Below, in pieces: positions 9,749 to 18,944 of a stretch of DNA of 64,000 nucleotides. Within the stretch, counting starts at the first letter, position 1. Every line of letters begins with the position of its first letter. The DNA lies in the NCBI GenBank assembly GCA_027491395.1, contig JAOZFI010000006.1:64001-128000 (forward strand). Reading direction: 5' to 3'. The notes under the pieces are model-generated. The model saw nothing but the letters and a program-made list of their open reading frames with translations, was not told the DNA's origin and did not search any database. Position numbers and translations under genes: made by a program. This stretch comes from Thermoproteota archaeon. Its GTDB lineage: Archaea > Korarchaeota > Korarchaeia > Korarchaeales > Korarchaeaceae.

Positions 9749-10761
9749 ATCCTCCTAACGAGGGACCTGTGCTCCCTCACATCAAAATATTCGACTACCT
9801 CAAATCCACTCCTGCTGAAATCGTCCTCACTCAGATGATTCACGGGGACTGAGATCGTCATCCATCCGTTCTCCTTCAGATATGCTGGGGCCTTTCTTAC
9901 AAAATCTTTGGCCAAATCTTCAGGCAATCTGCCCACAGCCGAGCTCATCCTCCCATAGGGCGGATCCGTAACTATGCGATCCGCCCTCTCCTCCAACGCA
10001 AGACTTAGCGCATCTCCGACCATCAGCTTGAAACCATCTAGGAAACCATAGGCTATGAGGTTGTTCTTGGCCTCTATAACTCTACTTTCGCTTATATCGG
10101 CACCTACCAAGCGAGCACCGATAGATAACACCTCAAGGGCTATGCCCCCAACCCCCAAGAAAGGATCCAGTACTAGATCTCCCTCACGAGTCCTCGCTAG
10201 ATTCACCATAGCCCTAGCTAGGGTAGGTCTCATGGAAGCCGGATGGACGAAAGGTCGTGCAGCAACCTCCTTTATCTTGAAAGATGTTCTGTCCACCTCG
10301 ACCTCCTTAACGTAGATCACCAGCAGCCCAGAGGTCATCACTATCACTACCTCGGAATTGGGGTTGGTGAGGTCTACCTTGGAACAGGGATTACCCCTCA
10401 GTACCCATCCACCGACCTCCCTCTCCACCTCCACACGTTTTAATTCGCTGCAGCATCCCTTTACCCTAATAGCAGTAGCTCTGAACCTCTTGCCGACTCT
10501 GGGCGGATCGATCCTCTTCAACTCCTGTGGAAAGTCGGCCGGGTTGAGAGCGGCTAAGAACCTTCCTATGGACCTAGTGTATGCGAGTCTAGCCGCTACC
10601 TTCCTCATGAGTGAGCTGGGGAGATCTCCCACATCTAAAACCAGCAGTGAGTCCAAGTCCAAATGGGTCTCGAACATTACATTGAACGATTCCAAGACAG
10701 CCTTTACCTCGGCCTTGGGAAGGGATGGGTGCTCACCTGACAGATGAAATGCTATCTTCAA
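9724..10761 (-). CDS. trm11: tRNA m2G10 methyltransferase Trm11/TrmG10 (THUMP + Rossmann)
   Basis: LSGEHPSLP N-terminus, PASMRPTLARAMVNL, LDPFLGVGG, TDPPYGR. Confidence 0.88.
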   Translation of the reverse strand: MKIAFHLSGEHPSLPKAEVKAVLESFNVMFETHLDLDSLLVLDVGDLPSSLMRKVAARLAYTRSIGRFLAALNPADFPQELKRIDPPRVGKRFRATAIRVKGCCSELKRVEVEREVGGWVLRGNPCSKVDLTNPNSEVVIVMTSGLLVIYVKEVEVDRTSFKIKEVAARPFVHPASMRPTLARAMVNLARTREGDLVLDPFLGVGGIALEVLSIGARLVGADISESRVIEAKNNLIAYGFLDGFKLMVGDALSLALEERADRIVTDPPYGRMSSAVGRLPEDLAKDFVRKAPAYLKENGWMTISVPVNHLSEDDFSRSGFEVVEYFDVREHRSLVRRIWVARMGE

Positions 10762-11791
10762 TTTGCCTTCCTCCCAGCTTTGATCTAACGGTTCTCAACA
10801 GCTCCTCTATTCCGAAACCCTTCTCTGCAGATATCTCCATGAATTCGGCCCCCTCCCTTACCAAGAAGTTTCTAGTCTCGGAGAACTTATCTAGATAGTC
10901 ACTTTCCATATCTATCTTATTGATCACGGCAACTATCTCCCCAGAAAAGTTAGCCACGATGTCCTTGAACAGGGACCTCTGTTCGTCTAGCGCATAGCCA
11001 CAAGTCTCAGTGGGATCGAACAAATACAGGACCAAACCACTCACATGCTTAAGGGCCACTATAGCCTGCATCTCTATCCTATTTCTCTTGGAGAGAGGTC
11101 TATCCAACAAACCAGGGGTGTCGATGAACTGGACCCTCCCAACGCCCTCCAAATCCCGGTGTCCTATGATGATGCCTTTGGTGGTAAAAGGATATGGGGC
11201 TATCTCAGGTTCCTTGGTGGTAATCTTGGAAAGAAGTGTGCTCTTTCCCGTGTTGGGCATGCCAGCTATTATTACAGAGGGCAGAGCAGGATCAAAATCC
11301 GGTAGATTCCTGAGCTTCGGTGTTACTCCTCTCAAGAAGTCCAATTCGGGCTTGATCCTCTTCAATACGGACGATATTCTACCTGCCGCCTCCCTTCTGA
11401 GGGTCGCCATGCGTTCAGGATCCTCTGTCCAATTTATCTTGGAGATGTAGGATCTGGAGATCCTCGAGATTGTCTTAGAGGCCCATTTAACGGCGCCTAG
11501 AGCATGTCTCACTTGATCTACACCAGCCAAGACGTCCAAAAGTTCTCTATAGAAGGGATCTAACCTTTCCACGCTGGGGAAGGACTTCACCACCTTATCT
11601 AGCCTGCTAACCACCGTGTCGGAAATCGTCTGAATTCTAGATATTTCCCTAGATCTGTAAATCGCTATCCTGTCCCCTCTCCTTGACACAGGCTTGGGTT
11701 TCTTGAATGCCCTCCTGAAGGAGATGTCTAGCAGTTCATCCACGCTAAGAGGGACTACGGCCCTCCTGAAGGGATTAGGCAATTTTATCAA
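10733..11791 (-). CDS. Nog1-like GTPase (ribosome biogenesis)
   Basis: FPSVERLDPFYREL, GMPNTGKS, PYPFTTKG, DTPGLLDRP, NKID; TTG start 11791 forms a TTGA overlap with the upstream stop. Confidence 0.92.
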   Translation of the reverse strand: MIKLPNPFRRAVVPLSVDELLDISFRRAFKKPKPVSRRGDRIAIYRSREISRIQTISDTVVSRLDKVVKSFPSVERLDPFYRELLDVLAGVDQVRHALGAVKWASKTISRISRSYISKINWTEDPERMATLRREAAGRISSVLKRIKPELDFLRGVTPKLRNLPDFDPALPSVIIAGMPNTGKSTLLSKITTKEPEIAPYPFTTKGIIIGHRDLEGVGRVQFIDTPGLLDRPLSKRNRIEMQAIVALKHVSGLVLYLFDPTETCGYALDEQRSLFKDIVANFSGEIVAVINKIDMESDYLDKFSETRNFLVREGAEFMEISAEKGFGIEELLRTVRSKLGGRQIEDSISSVR

Positions 11792-12924
11792 CTCAGGAAG
11801 AATAAGAGGACATTGTATATCAGCATTAGCGCGATAGGCGCTGACATGGCCCATGTTAGCTTGCGGGCCAGCTCCTCATCGCCCAAATACATGGTAAGTA
11901 TCTCTGAGAGGACCAATCCCCCGTCCAAAGGTAACATAGGCAGGGCATTGAGGCCAGCCAGTCCCAGATTGAACATGATCAGGAACCCAAGCAGCTCTAT
12001 CAGCTGGATTGCTACCCCGGTCGGCATAGGGACTATGGGATCGAAGTAGGGCACCCTCGATAGCATCACCCCTAAGAAGGGTGAGCTCGGATCGTCAGGC
12101 CTAGATCCCAGCCTCACCCTGTAGGTGCCCCTATCAGTGACGACATCCACCTCCTGACCAGGTCTCAGCTTTTCAAGTGCCTTCACCAAACTAGAGAAAT
12201 CCCTAACCCTGTAACCACCTATCTGCCTTATGACAACTCCATCCGGGAGTATCCCGTGGGATGGTCCGTCCTCTATAACCTCCTGAACATACACACCAGA
12301 AGGATGGGACATCCCTGGGAATATCGAGAAACCCGGGAATATGATCATGGCCAGAAGGAGAGCCACGAAGAACGTAGCGAAGTTCATGAAGATCCCGGCC
12401 GAATAGACGCCCATCCTCTTAAGAGGCTCTAGTTTCTTGAGTATCTCCTCATCCGGCTCTACAAAGGCACCTAACAGGACAAATAGAACGAAAAAAGCTA
12501 TCTTCCTGATGGGGACCCCGAAGTACCAGCTGGCAGCAGCATGTCCAAATTCATGCACGGCTAATATCACGAATATGGAGATCAGGAGGGGAGCGGATAT
12601 GTCGAAGGTGACCCCCGGTATCACAGGGGCTATCTGGGCGACCTTCGGACCGAATAAGGTGTCTATGGTTATTTTGACGAGGAATATGAGGAATAACGAG
12701 GAGGAGATCAGGAGAGCACCAATCCCGACCTTATATAGGGGACCGACGAACCTAGCCAATCCTCCTATGATCCCCCTGAAGCTCTCCGGCTTGAAGGAGA
12801 ACTCCAAGTAGAAGACACCCATCTTAGCCCTCTCCCCTCCGAGATAACGGTTCAATAAGAGGCCAGCAAGGTAAGCCACAGCCCAAAATACGAGGAAGTT
12901 CACTAGGAAACCTTGGGATATCAA
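11788..12924 (-). CDS. Site-2 intramembrane metalloprotease (M50) with PDZ domain
   Basis: HEFGH, GAFVEPDEE, AGIFMN, PDZ-like segment, NALPMLPLDGG. Confidence 0.92.
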   Translation of the reverse strand: MISQGFLVNFLVFWAVAYLAGLLLNRYLGGERAKMGVFYLEFSFKPESFRGIIGGLARFVGPLYKVGIGALLISSSLFLIFLVKITIDTLFGPKVAQIAPVIPGVTFDISAPLLISIFVILAVHEFGHAAASWYFGVPIRKIAFFVLFVLLGAFVEPDEEILKKLEPLKRMGVYSAGIFMNFATFFVALLLAMIIFPGFSIFPGMSHPSGVYVQEVIEDGPSHGILPDGVVIRQIGGYRVRDFSSLVKALEKLRPGQEVDVVTDRGTYRVRLGSRPDDPSSPFLGVMLSRVPYFDPIVPMPTGVAIQLIELLGFLIMFNLGLAGLNALPMLPLDGGLVLSEILTMYLGDEELARKLTWAMSAPIALMLIYNVLLFFLS

Positions 12925-12930
12925 GACGGA

Positions 12931-14055
12931 TCAACCCTTCAAGAGGTGCGCCAAGAACTCCGCCATCTCATACACGGAGGGGAGCTTGACGTACTCATCC
13001 GCTGAGTGGTGATTACCCCCCTCAGGCCCCAGTATAATGGGCTTAATGCTAGCCATCTTGTAGAGGTAATTGGCATCAGAGACCGTCCTGTAAACGTCCG
13101 TCTCAAGACGCCCTCCAAACACATTCTCTGCAACTTCTTGCACTTTCTTAACGAATTCATCATCCTCAGGAAGTTCATAGGGCTCCATGAAGGGAGTAGG
13201 CCTCTTCATTAGGGATATCTTGATTTTGGCCCTCAACTCAGGTGTCTTCCTTAGATGGTCCATGAACTTCTTTCTTATAACACCCGGATCGTTACCGGGC
13301 GGGTAATGCCTATCCAGCCTGACCAGACATCTGTCCGGATGGGCCATTACCAGCTCCGGAGACTTTATACTCAAGGGAGCTACGCTACCGCCTATTCCAT
13401 CGACCTTAGGCAGGTCCACAGCCCACAGAATGACCTTAGCTGCTTCTATGACGGCGTTTATACCGGCCTCCTCAGTCCCAGGCGCTGCCAATCCCTTTAC
13501 GTCGACATCGAATACGAACCTGCCGAATGCTCCCCTGAAGAGCTTCTTATTGGTCGGTCCGGCCACGATGGCCTCACTGACTCGCGGCAGGATACCACTC
13601 CTCAGGAGCTCGTAGGTCCCCCTGCTGAAACCCTCGGCATCGCATACAGCAGCAAAGACGACTCCCCTACTGTCATCCCATTTTGAGGCAGCTATGAAGG
13701 CCTCTATCATCGCAGCCAGCATTCCCTTGTCGTCAAAAACCCCCAGTCCATAGAGTTTGTCCTCCTCCAGCTCACCCCAGGGATTCTTGGTCCAATTGGA
13801 GTATATCTCGAATGTGTCGGTGTGGGCAAGGAACAGCAGGTTATCCTGATTTTTCACATTGAGGAAGGCCACGACGTTACCGGCACAATCTTTGACCGGT
13901 TGGTGGACTACCTTGTCAGCATACCTCGATAGAGTGTCTGTTATGTAGTAAACAGCCTCACCCTCCCTTCCCCTCAAACTCTTTATACCGACTAAATCTA
14001 TCAACAAATTGCGCGTCCTTTCCTGATCCGTAAGGCCCATCTGATCCCCCCTCAT
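12931..14055 (-). CDS. M20 family peptidase/deacylase (ArgE/DapE-like); alternative start 14040
   Basis: AHTDT, GLGVFDDKG, SDANY, HSADE; the DEE motif appears as DAE. Confidence 0.85.
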   Translation of the reverse strand: MRGDQMGLTDQERTRNLLIDLVGIKSLRGREGEAVYYITDTLSRYADKVVHQPVKDCAGNVVAFLNVKNQDNLLFLAHTDTFEIYSNWTKNPWGELEEDKLYGLGVFDDKGMLAAMIEAFIAASKWDDSRGVVFAAVCDAEGFSRGTYELLRSGILPRVSEAIVAGPTNKKLFRGAFGRFVFDVDVKGLAAPGTEEAGINAVIEAAKVILWAVDLPKVDGIGGSVAPLSIKSPELVMAHPDRCLVRLDRHYPPGNDPGVIRKKFMDHLRKTPELRAKIKISLMKRPTPFMEPYELPEDDEFVKKVQEVAENVFGGRLETDVYRTVSDANYLYKMASIKPIILGPEGGNHHSADEYVKLPSVYEMAEFLAHLLKG

Positions 14056-14648
14056 GCCGATCTCAGGGGGATATACAGCTGCCTAGCACCCGATTCGGTA
14101 ATCACCAGCAGGTCCACACCGTCTCCTGACAGGGCGTCCCTCGATATGGCCTCCTTCATTGCCTTCTCAGCTAAAGAAAGGGCTTCCTCTTCACTCAAGT
14201 CCTCCCTATATTCCCTCTCCAAGATACCCGTGGCTATCTGCGCTCCAGTACCTACAGCCGCGAACTTTTCCTCCATAAGCCCTCCAGCAGGATCTAAGAC
14301 TAATATCTTGGGTTCTCCGTCCTCTAAACCACCTACTATAAGCTCAGTGTAGTAAATTCCCCTAAACCTCCCCTGATAGAGAAGCAGAGATAGTAGCTTG
14401 GCGACATTCGTAGGAGAAGCCTTCTTATCCAAATCCAGCTCATACAGAGTCGTGTTGAACTTCACGACATCGACTAACTCTTGGAAGTCGCCAGGAAGTC
14501 CGGCAGTGGAAATACCGACCTTATCATTAACTAGGAACACTTTCTTGGCGGACTTACTGAGGACGAATGTACCGTAAGATACTCTCCTGTCCGCCGCGAG
14601 AACGACACCGCCCTTGAATTTCAAGCCCAGAGCAGTAGCCAGAACCAC
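14052..14648 (-). CDS. psmB: Proteasome beta subunit, probably non-catalytic type
   Basis: ATALGLKF, AADRRVSYG, GLPGDFQ, DPAGG, AVGTG, RDALSGDG; GTG start after SD GAGGGGTG (track ORF extends into the tRNA). Confidence 0.92.
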   Translation of the reverse strand: MVLATALGLKFKGGVVLAADRRVSYGTFVLSKSAKKVFLVNDKVGISTAGLPGDFQELVDVVKFNTTLYELDLDKKASPTNVAKLLSLLLYQGRFRGIYYTELIVGGLEDGEPKILVLDPAGGLMEEKFAAVGTGAQIATGILEREYREDLSEEEALSLAEKAMKEAISRDALSGDGVDLLVITESGARQLYIPLRSA

Positions 14649-14669
14649 TGTAACACCCCTCAAGTTAAA

Positions 14670-14747
14670 TGGAGCCCCGGGCGGGATTCGAACCCGCGAC
14701 CTCCGCCTTACCAAGGCGGCGCTCTAACCGAGCTGAGCTACCGGGGC
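14670..14747 (-). tRNA. tRNA-Thr(GGT) with encoded CCA
   Basis: GCCCCGG/CCGGGGC acceptor stem, CCGCC-TTGGTAA-GGCGG, GTTCGAATC. Confidence 0.97.
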
Positions 14748-14772
14748 CCACCTCAAACTGTATCCTAATCTC

Positions 14773-14780
14773 TTTATAAA
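14773..14780 (-). promoter_or_regulatory. TATA box of tRNA-Thr
   Basis: TTTATAAA about 26 nt upstream of the tRNA 5' end. Confidence 0.7.
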
Positions 14781-14785
14781 TGCTA

Positions 14786-16438
14786 TCAGGTAATCCTCCT
14801 AGCTCTTATGAGGGCCGCTAAGGAGATGATCGCGACGAGCATGATGGCTAGGTATGGAATGTACTCTAGGTAGCCATGGCGCCTCCTGAGCTCGATTTTC
14901 ACGCTCGTGTCCTCCCTAAAGTACCCAGTAAAGCTCGAGGAGAGGGTTGACACATAGATGAATAGGCCTCCCTCATCCTCATACCACTTAAAGTAAACGG
15001 AGGGGAGGTCTACCTCCACATCGGGAAGGAAATTCCCTTCATCAGGCAATTGCAGTCGAAGGTATACAACTGGAGTGACCTTGGAGATGCTCACTCTGTA
15101 CATGTAACCATTCCTCTCTATGATATAGGGGGTCTGGTGAGATGCCAGACTCAAGGTAGGATCACCCAGCAGGACCTCATAAGCCGCCTCTTTGGGGCTT
15201 ATCCCTTTCTCCGTGGCCTCTTTTATGTGTAAGTTGTTCACCGTCATAACAGCCTCTCCCAACGTGCGACCCGTCAGGGCCATCATCAAGATGAGATCTG
15301 GATAGGAGGTACCCGCCTCAGATCCTATGCTGAACTCTACTCTCGTGGCTCCTATATATGCAAACGCTCCGGCTTCTAGAAACGAATAGGCTATGGAACT
15401 CTTGGGATCATCGAGATCTGAGAACCTCAGGGTATCGCATGACAGGGTGATCACTATAGCTCCCAACGGTCTAGCGGACCTCACTATGGAGGGTATGATG
15501 ACTACATGCCCCTCGGTCTTCAGGGCCATGGCGTAGGGGTTTCCGTGCAGGTTGAGATAGATAATACCATTTCTTGCCTCTCTGAGCATCTTAGCGGAGT
15601 CCTTCACCGTCAGATTGGAATACTCCACATCGGGGTGCAACACCTTCGTGCTCAATCCGTAGGATGATGCTATGAATTCCACTTTCCTAGCTAAAGGGAG
15701 ATCCTCAATGAGGGAGATACCTCTAAGTCTGTTGATCAAACCCATTGAAGCAGCATCGTCCGCGAGCAGCATCAGGAAGGGTGCAGCCACATCGGGACCG
15801 GTAAGGACTCCTAAGGAGGCGTCTAGATACGGATCATCGTCTATACAGGTTAGGAAGTCTATAACATTCAGATACCTCTCATAGTTTCGGGAGGTGAGGG
15901 GCTTGGTCAATAAGATGACGTACCTAACCCCCTTCAAGAGTTCCCGGCTCAGTTGAGCCGAATCCAAATCAATTAATTTAGCCTTTTTGAGAAAGGCTGC
16001 ATAGGCCGCCAGTAAAGAGTAATCCGGCCCATCCGAGCTGTAGAACAGGACTGCAACTTCACTCTCCATAGAAGATAGCTCTTGGGATATGAGATCCAAT
16101 TTCTTTAGGAGGGGTTCAAAGTCAGCCCCTTGAATACCCTTCTCTTTGGAGTAAAGTAGGAAATAAGCGAGTTCGTGAGGGGTCATCTCTCTAAGGATGG
16201 CTCCATATGATCCAACTTTTGCAGGGAATCCCATCTCCCTGAGCCGATCGCTCATATAGGAGGCGTTCCGGGCGACTACTATCCTCTCCTGCGGGCCCAT
16301 CGAGAGGAAGAATGCTGAAGCTGATCCGTAATCCTCGAAGACATGAACTAGGGGAAGGCTGCCGGCTTGAGCGGGTGTTAGGATCGAAACATCCGACATT
16401 ACCATCAGTGAAACGATGATGAGAAGAAAAGATCTCAA
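14786..16438 (-). CDS. Exported, C-terminally anchored C25 (gingipain)/caspase-fold cysteine peptidase-like protein
   Basis: Signal peptide; YLNLHGNP and ITLSCDT dyad motifs; AYSFLEAGAFAYIGATR, TLGEA, LLGDP typical of C25; C-terminal TM helix followed by basic residues. Confidence 0.72.
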   Translation of the reverse strand: MRSFLLIIVSLMVMSDVSILTPAQAGSLPLVHVFEDYGSASAFFLSMGPQERIVVARNASYMSDRLREMGFPAKVGSYGAILREMTPHELAYFLLYSKEKGIQGADFEPLLKKLDLISQELSSMESEVAVLFYSSDGPDYSLLAAYAAFLKKAKLIDLDSAQLSRELLKGVRYVILLTKPLTSRNYERYLNVIDFLTCIDDDPYLDASLGVLTGPDVAAPFLMLLADDAASMGLINRLRGISLIEDLPLARKVEFIASSYGLSTKVLHPDVEYSNLTVKDSAKMLREARNGIIYLNLHGNPYAMALKTEGHVVIIPSIVRSARPLGAIVITLSCDTLRFSDLDDPKSSIAYSFLEAGAFAYIGATRVEFSIGSEAGTSYPDLILMMALTGRTLGEAVMTVNNLHIKEATEKGISPKEAAYEVLLGDPTLSLASHQTPYIIERNGYMYRVSISKVTPVVYLRLQLPDEGNFLPDVEVDLPSVYFKWYEDEGGLFIYVSTLSSSFTGYFREDTSVKIELRRRHGYLEYIPYLAIMLVAIISLAALIRARRIT

Positions 16439-16776
16439 TCATTACCCCCGCATTCCTTCTTGAACAGTATCTGATACTGCAAACTGGTAAACCCGTAGTT
16501 TTGAAGTACCCTTTCCAAGTCCGAGGAGAAACGACATGGGATGGAGCAAACCGGAGTTCTCTTCACATAATACGCTATGTATTTCCACTCTTGGTCCTCG
16601 TCATCTAGAAGATCTGCTAGGGACCTGAGCCTCCTCTTAGAGGAGAGCACAGATCTAATGAAGGCGAGAGTGAGGTCAACCGCTAAATCTAACGACTTAT
16701 CTGACTTGAACCCTTCCCTCCTCGCAAGCTCCCTTACTGCAGAAGAGATGACCTCCTCCAGTTCGTCCGCTGCCAA
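16435..16776 (-). CDS. Hypothetical helical protein (113 aa)
   Basis: TTG start after AGGTG SD just downstream of tRNA-Gly; 4-nt overlap with the C25-like gene. Confidence 0.6.
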   Translation of the reverse strand: MAADELEEVISSAVRELARREGFKSDKSLDLAVDLTLAFIRSVLSSKRRLRSLADLLDDEDQEWKYIAYYVKRTPVCSIPCRFSSDLERVLQNYGFTSLQYQILFKKECGGND

Positions 16777-16796
16777 GACGCGACACCTGTATGTTA

Positions 16797-16873
16797 TGGT
16801 GCGGCCGCCGGGATTTGAACCCGGGTCTCCGGCTTGGAGGGCCGGCATCCTGTCCAGGCTAGACTACGGCCGC
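16797..16873 (-). tRNA. tRNA-Gly(TCC) with encoded CCA; atypical C33
   Basis: GCGGCCG/CGGCCGC acceptor stem, CCGGC-CCTCCAA-GCCGG anticodon arm, GTTCAAATC. Confidence 0.93.
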
Positions 16874-17078
16874 CAGCTGTCTATGCTGCCTTCTGGATCT
16901 AAAAACTTTAGCTCAGCACCCGCGCTGGGGGAGTTGCGAAACGAATTAGTAAATATATTTATTGATGATAACTGGTTATGCCATACCGAAACTAGAAGAA
17001 TCCGTCCACAGTAGTTTATTATAACGCAGCGATCTTAGAGGATGAGTAGGGCTAGGGACCCGCTCATTGATAAGTTTA

Positions 17079-17102
17079 GCGAAACTTTTATATATGCATA
17101 TA
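17079..17102 (+). promoter_or_regulatory. BRE/TATA of tfb with overlapping 12-bp palindrome
   Basis: GCGAAAC then TTTATATA (17087-17094); TATATGCATATA at 17091-17102. Confidence 0.65.
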
Positions 17103-17128
17103 GGGGTCTACACTTCGGCAATTTACTA

Positions 17129-18154
17129 ATGGGGTGGTGGGTTTTCCTGTCTCGGGAGAAGAGAGATTATCCTAAGGCCGCCGAACCTTCCTCTCAAGAA
17201 GAGGAGGAGCTAAGGTGCCCTAGATGCGGGAGCACTAACATAGTGGAGGATCCTGAAACTGGGGACCTGGTTTGTCAAGATTGCGGCCTCATTATAGATT
17301 CAAGCGTCCTGAACTTCTCGAAGGACTGGCGGGCCTTCGATTCAGATGAATACATGGAGAGGGCTCACGCCGGTGCCCCGGTTACTCCATTAAGACCGGG
17401 CTTCGGTCTCGACACCGAGATAACTCTTACTAGAGGACTAAGCAAGAAATCCGTGAACCAATTGAAGAGGACCCAGAAGCATGTGGCGGACTCCAAGGAG
17501 AAGACCGTGGAACCTGCCCTAAGGAAGATAAGAGATGCTGCTGAGTCTCTAAACCTACCGCAAGAGACTGTCGAGGATGCAGCCACTCTCTACAGGATGG
17601 CCGCACGGGCTGGACTGGTTAAAGGGAGAAGCATGGATGCCATGGTAGCCGCGGTCATCTATGCCGCCTGTAGGAGAACAGATGTACCTAGGACCTTAGA
17701 GGAGGTATCGAGATACTTCTCTCTGGAGGAGAAAGAGGTTGGGAGGAGCTTCAGGTTCCTGTTCAGGAAGCTAGGGATACAGATACCTCCACCGAAACCG
17801 GAGAATTTTGTATATCTCATATGCTCCAAGCTGAACCTCCCTGAAGAGATCGCGACGCAAGCAATAAGGATAATCAAGATAGCCAAGAAGAACGGAGCTA
17901 CGATGGGAAGAGAGCCGGTAGGCGTGGCCGCAGCAGCAGTCTACATGGCCTGCCAAGAGTTAGGCATACACAGGACTCAGAGAGAGCTAGCTCAGGCAGC
18001 TAACGTTACTGAGGTCACCGTGAGGAATAGGTACAAGGAACTCATCCAGAAGGCCCGCAAAGAATGGTTAGATGAGATAGGAGAGGAAAGATTGAATGAA
18101 ATAAAGAAGAGAATAGCCGAGAAGGTGAAAGCAGCCTCACAGGTGAAAGAATAA
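17129..18154 (+). CDS. tfb: Transcription initiation factor IIB
   Basis: CPRC...CQDC Zn ribbon, DWRAF B-reader, two cyclin repeats (GRSMDAMVAA, TEVTVRNRYKEL); start placed downstream of the TATA box. Confidence 0.96.
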   Translation: MGWWVFLSREKRDYPKAAEPSSQEEEELRCPRCGSTNIVEDPETGDLVCQDCGLIIDSSVLNFSKDWRAFDSDEYMERAHAGAPVTPLRPGFGLDTEITLTRGLSKKSVNQLKRTQKHVADSKEKTVEPALRKIRDAAESLNLPQETVEDAATLYRMAARAGLVKGRSMDAMVAAVIYAACRRTDVPRTLEEVSRYFSLEEKEVGRSFRFLFRKLGIQIPPPKPENFVYLICSKLNLPEEIATQAIRIIKIAKKNGATMGREPVGVAAAAVYMACQELGIHRTQRELAQAANVTEVTVRNRYKELIQKARKEWLDEIGEERLNEIKKRIAEKVKAASQVKE

Positions 18155-18193
18155 TCTTTTTATTCCCCTTCAACGGCTCCATGGTGAGTTGGA

Positions 18194-18337
18194 ATGTATC
18201 AGTGCCTAAGGTGCGGCTACATCTTCACTAAGGAGGAGATGGAGGAATACTTCAAGGACTTTAAATGCCCTAGATGCGGGTACAGGATCCTAAGGAAAGT
18301 GAGGAAAGAGGAACCCAAGGTGGTGAAGGCGATCTGA
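18194..18337 (+). CDS. rpo12: RNA polymerase subunit Rpo12 (RpoP), 47 aa
   Basis: Manual translation MYQCLRCGYIFTKEEMEEYFKDFKCPRCGYRILRKVRKEEPKVVKAI; SD GGTGA; not in the ORF track. Confidence 0.92.
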   Translation: MYQCLRCGYIFTKEEMEEYFKDFKCPRCGYRILRKVRKEEPKVVKAI

Positions 18338-18338
18338 G

Positions 18339-18911
18339 TTGCCAGCCGATGAGGCGAACAAGTGGTTAACAAAGGAAATACTCACGCTGGCCGTATTATT
18401 CCTGATCTTTTTAGCATTCTTCAAGGTAGTCCTACCCCTGCTGACAGGTGTGGACTCCCCATTTACCGTGGTGACATCGGGATCGATGAGACCCACCTTG
18501 GAAGTGGGGGATCTACTCATAGTGGTGGGCGCTGACCCTTACAATCTAAAGGTAGGGGACATAATAGTGTTCAGAGTCCCTTGGTCGAGCTCGCTCATAG
18601 TCCACAGGATAATCAGAATAGACATGAGCATGAACGGGCCAGTCTTTTACACTAAGGGAGATAACAACGCGCTTCCTGATCCGGGTTTCAGGACCTCTAG
18701 GGACATATACGGCAAAGTGGTTCTCAGAATTCCCTACTTGGGTTCCGCTCTGGAGCTGCTCCAGTCGCTTCCAGCCAAGCTGGCGATTGTCGGAATTATT
18801 GCAGCCTATCTCCTCTATGAGTATTCCAAGGTATTAGGAAAGGAGAGTACCGATAATGAGCCTTATGAGCTTTACACAACCGAACAAGACGATAAATGGG
18901 AAGAAACCTGA
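18339..18911 (+). CDS. Signal peptidase I (Sec11-type)
   Basis: VVTSGSMRPTL, GDIIVF, IVHRII, TKGDNN. Confidence 0.93.
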   Translation: MPADEANKWLTKEILTLAVLFLIFLAFFKVVLPLLTGVDSPFTVVTSGSMRPTLEVGDLLIVVGADPYNLKVGDIIVFRVPWSSSLIVHRIIRIDMSMNGPVFYTKGDNNALPDPGFRTSRDIYGKVVLRIPYLGSALELLQSLPAKLAIVGIIAAYLLYEYSKVLGKESTDNEPYELYTTEQDDKWEET

Positions 18912-18944
18912 AATTCTAGTGATTAGAGGTATCTAGTGGTAGAT

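Noticed and set aside
16955-17070. Possible C/D box sRNA (TGATGA near 16963) and a small hairpin in the tRNA-Gly/tfb intergenic region
   Set aside because: No properly spaced CTGA D box or terminal stem. The region is explained by AT-rich divergent promoters.
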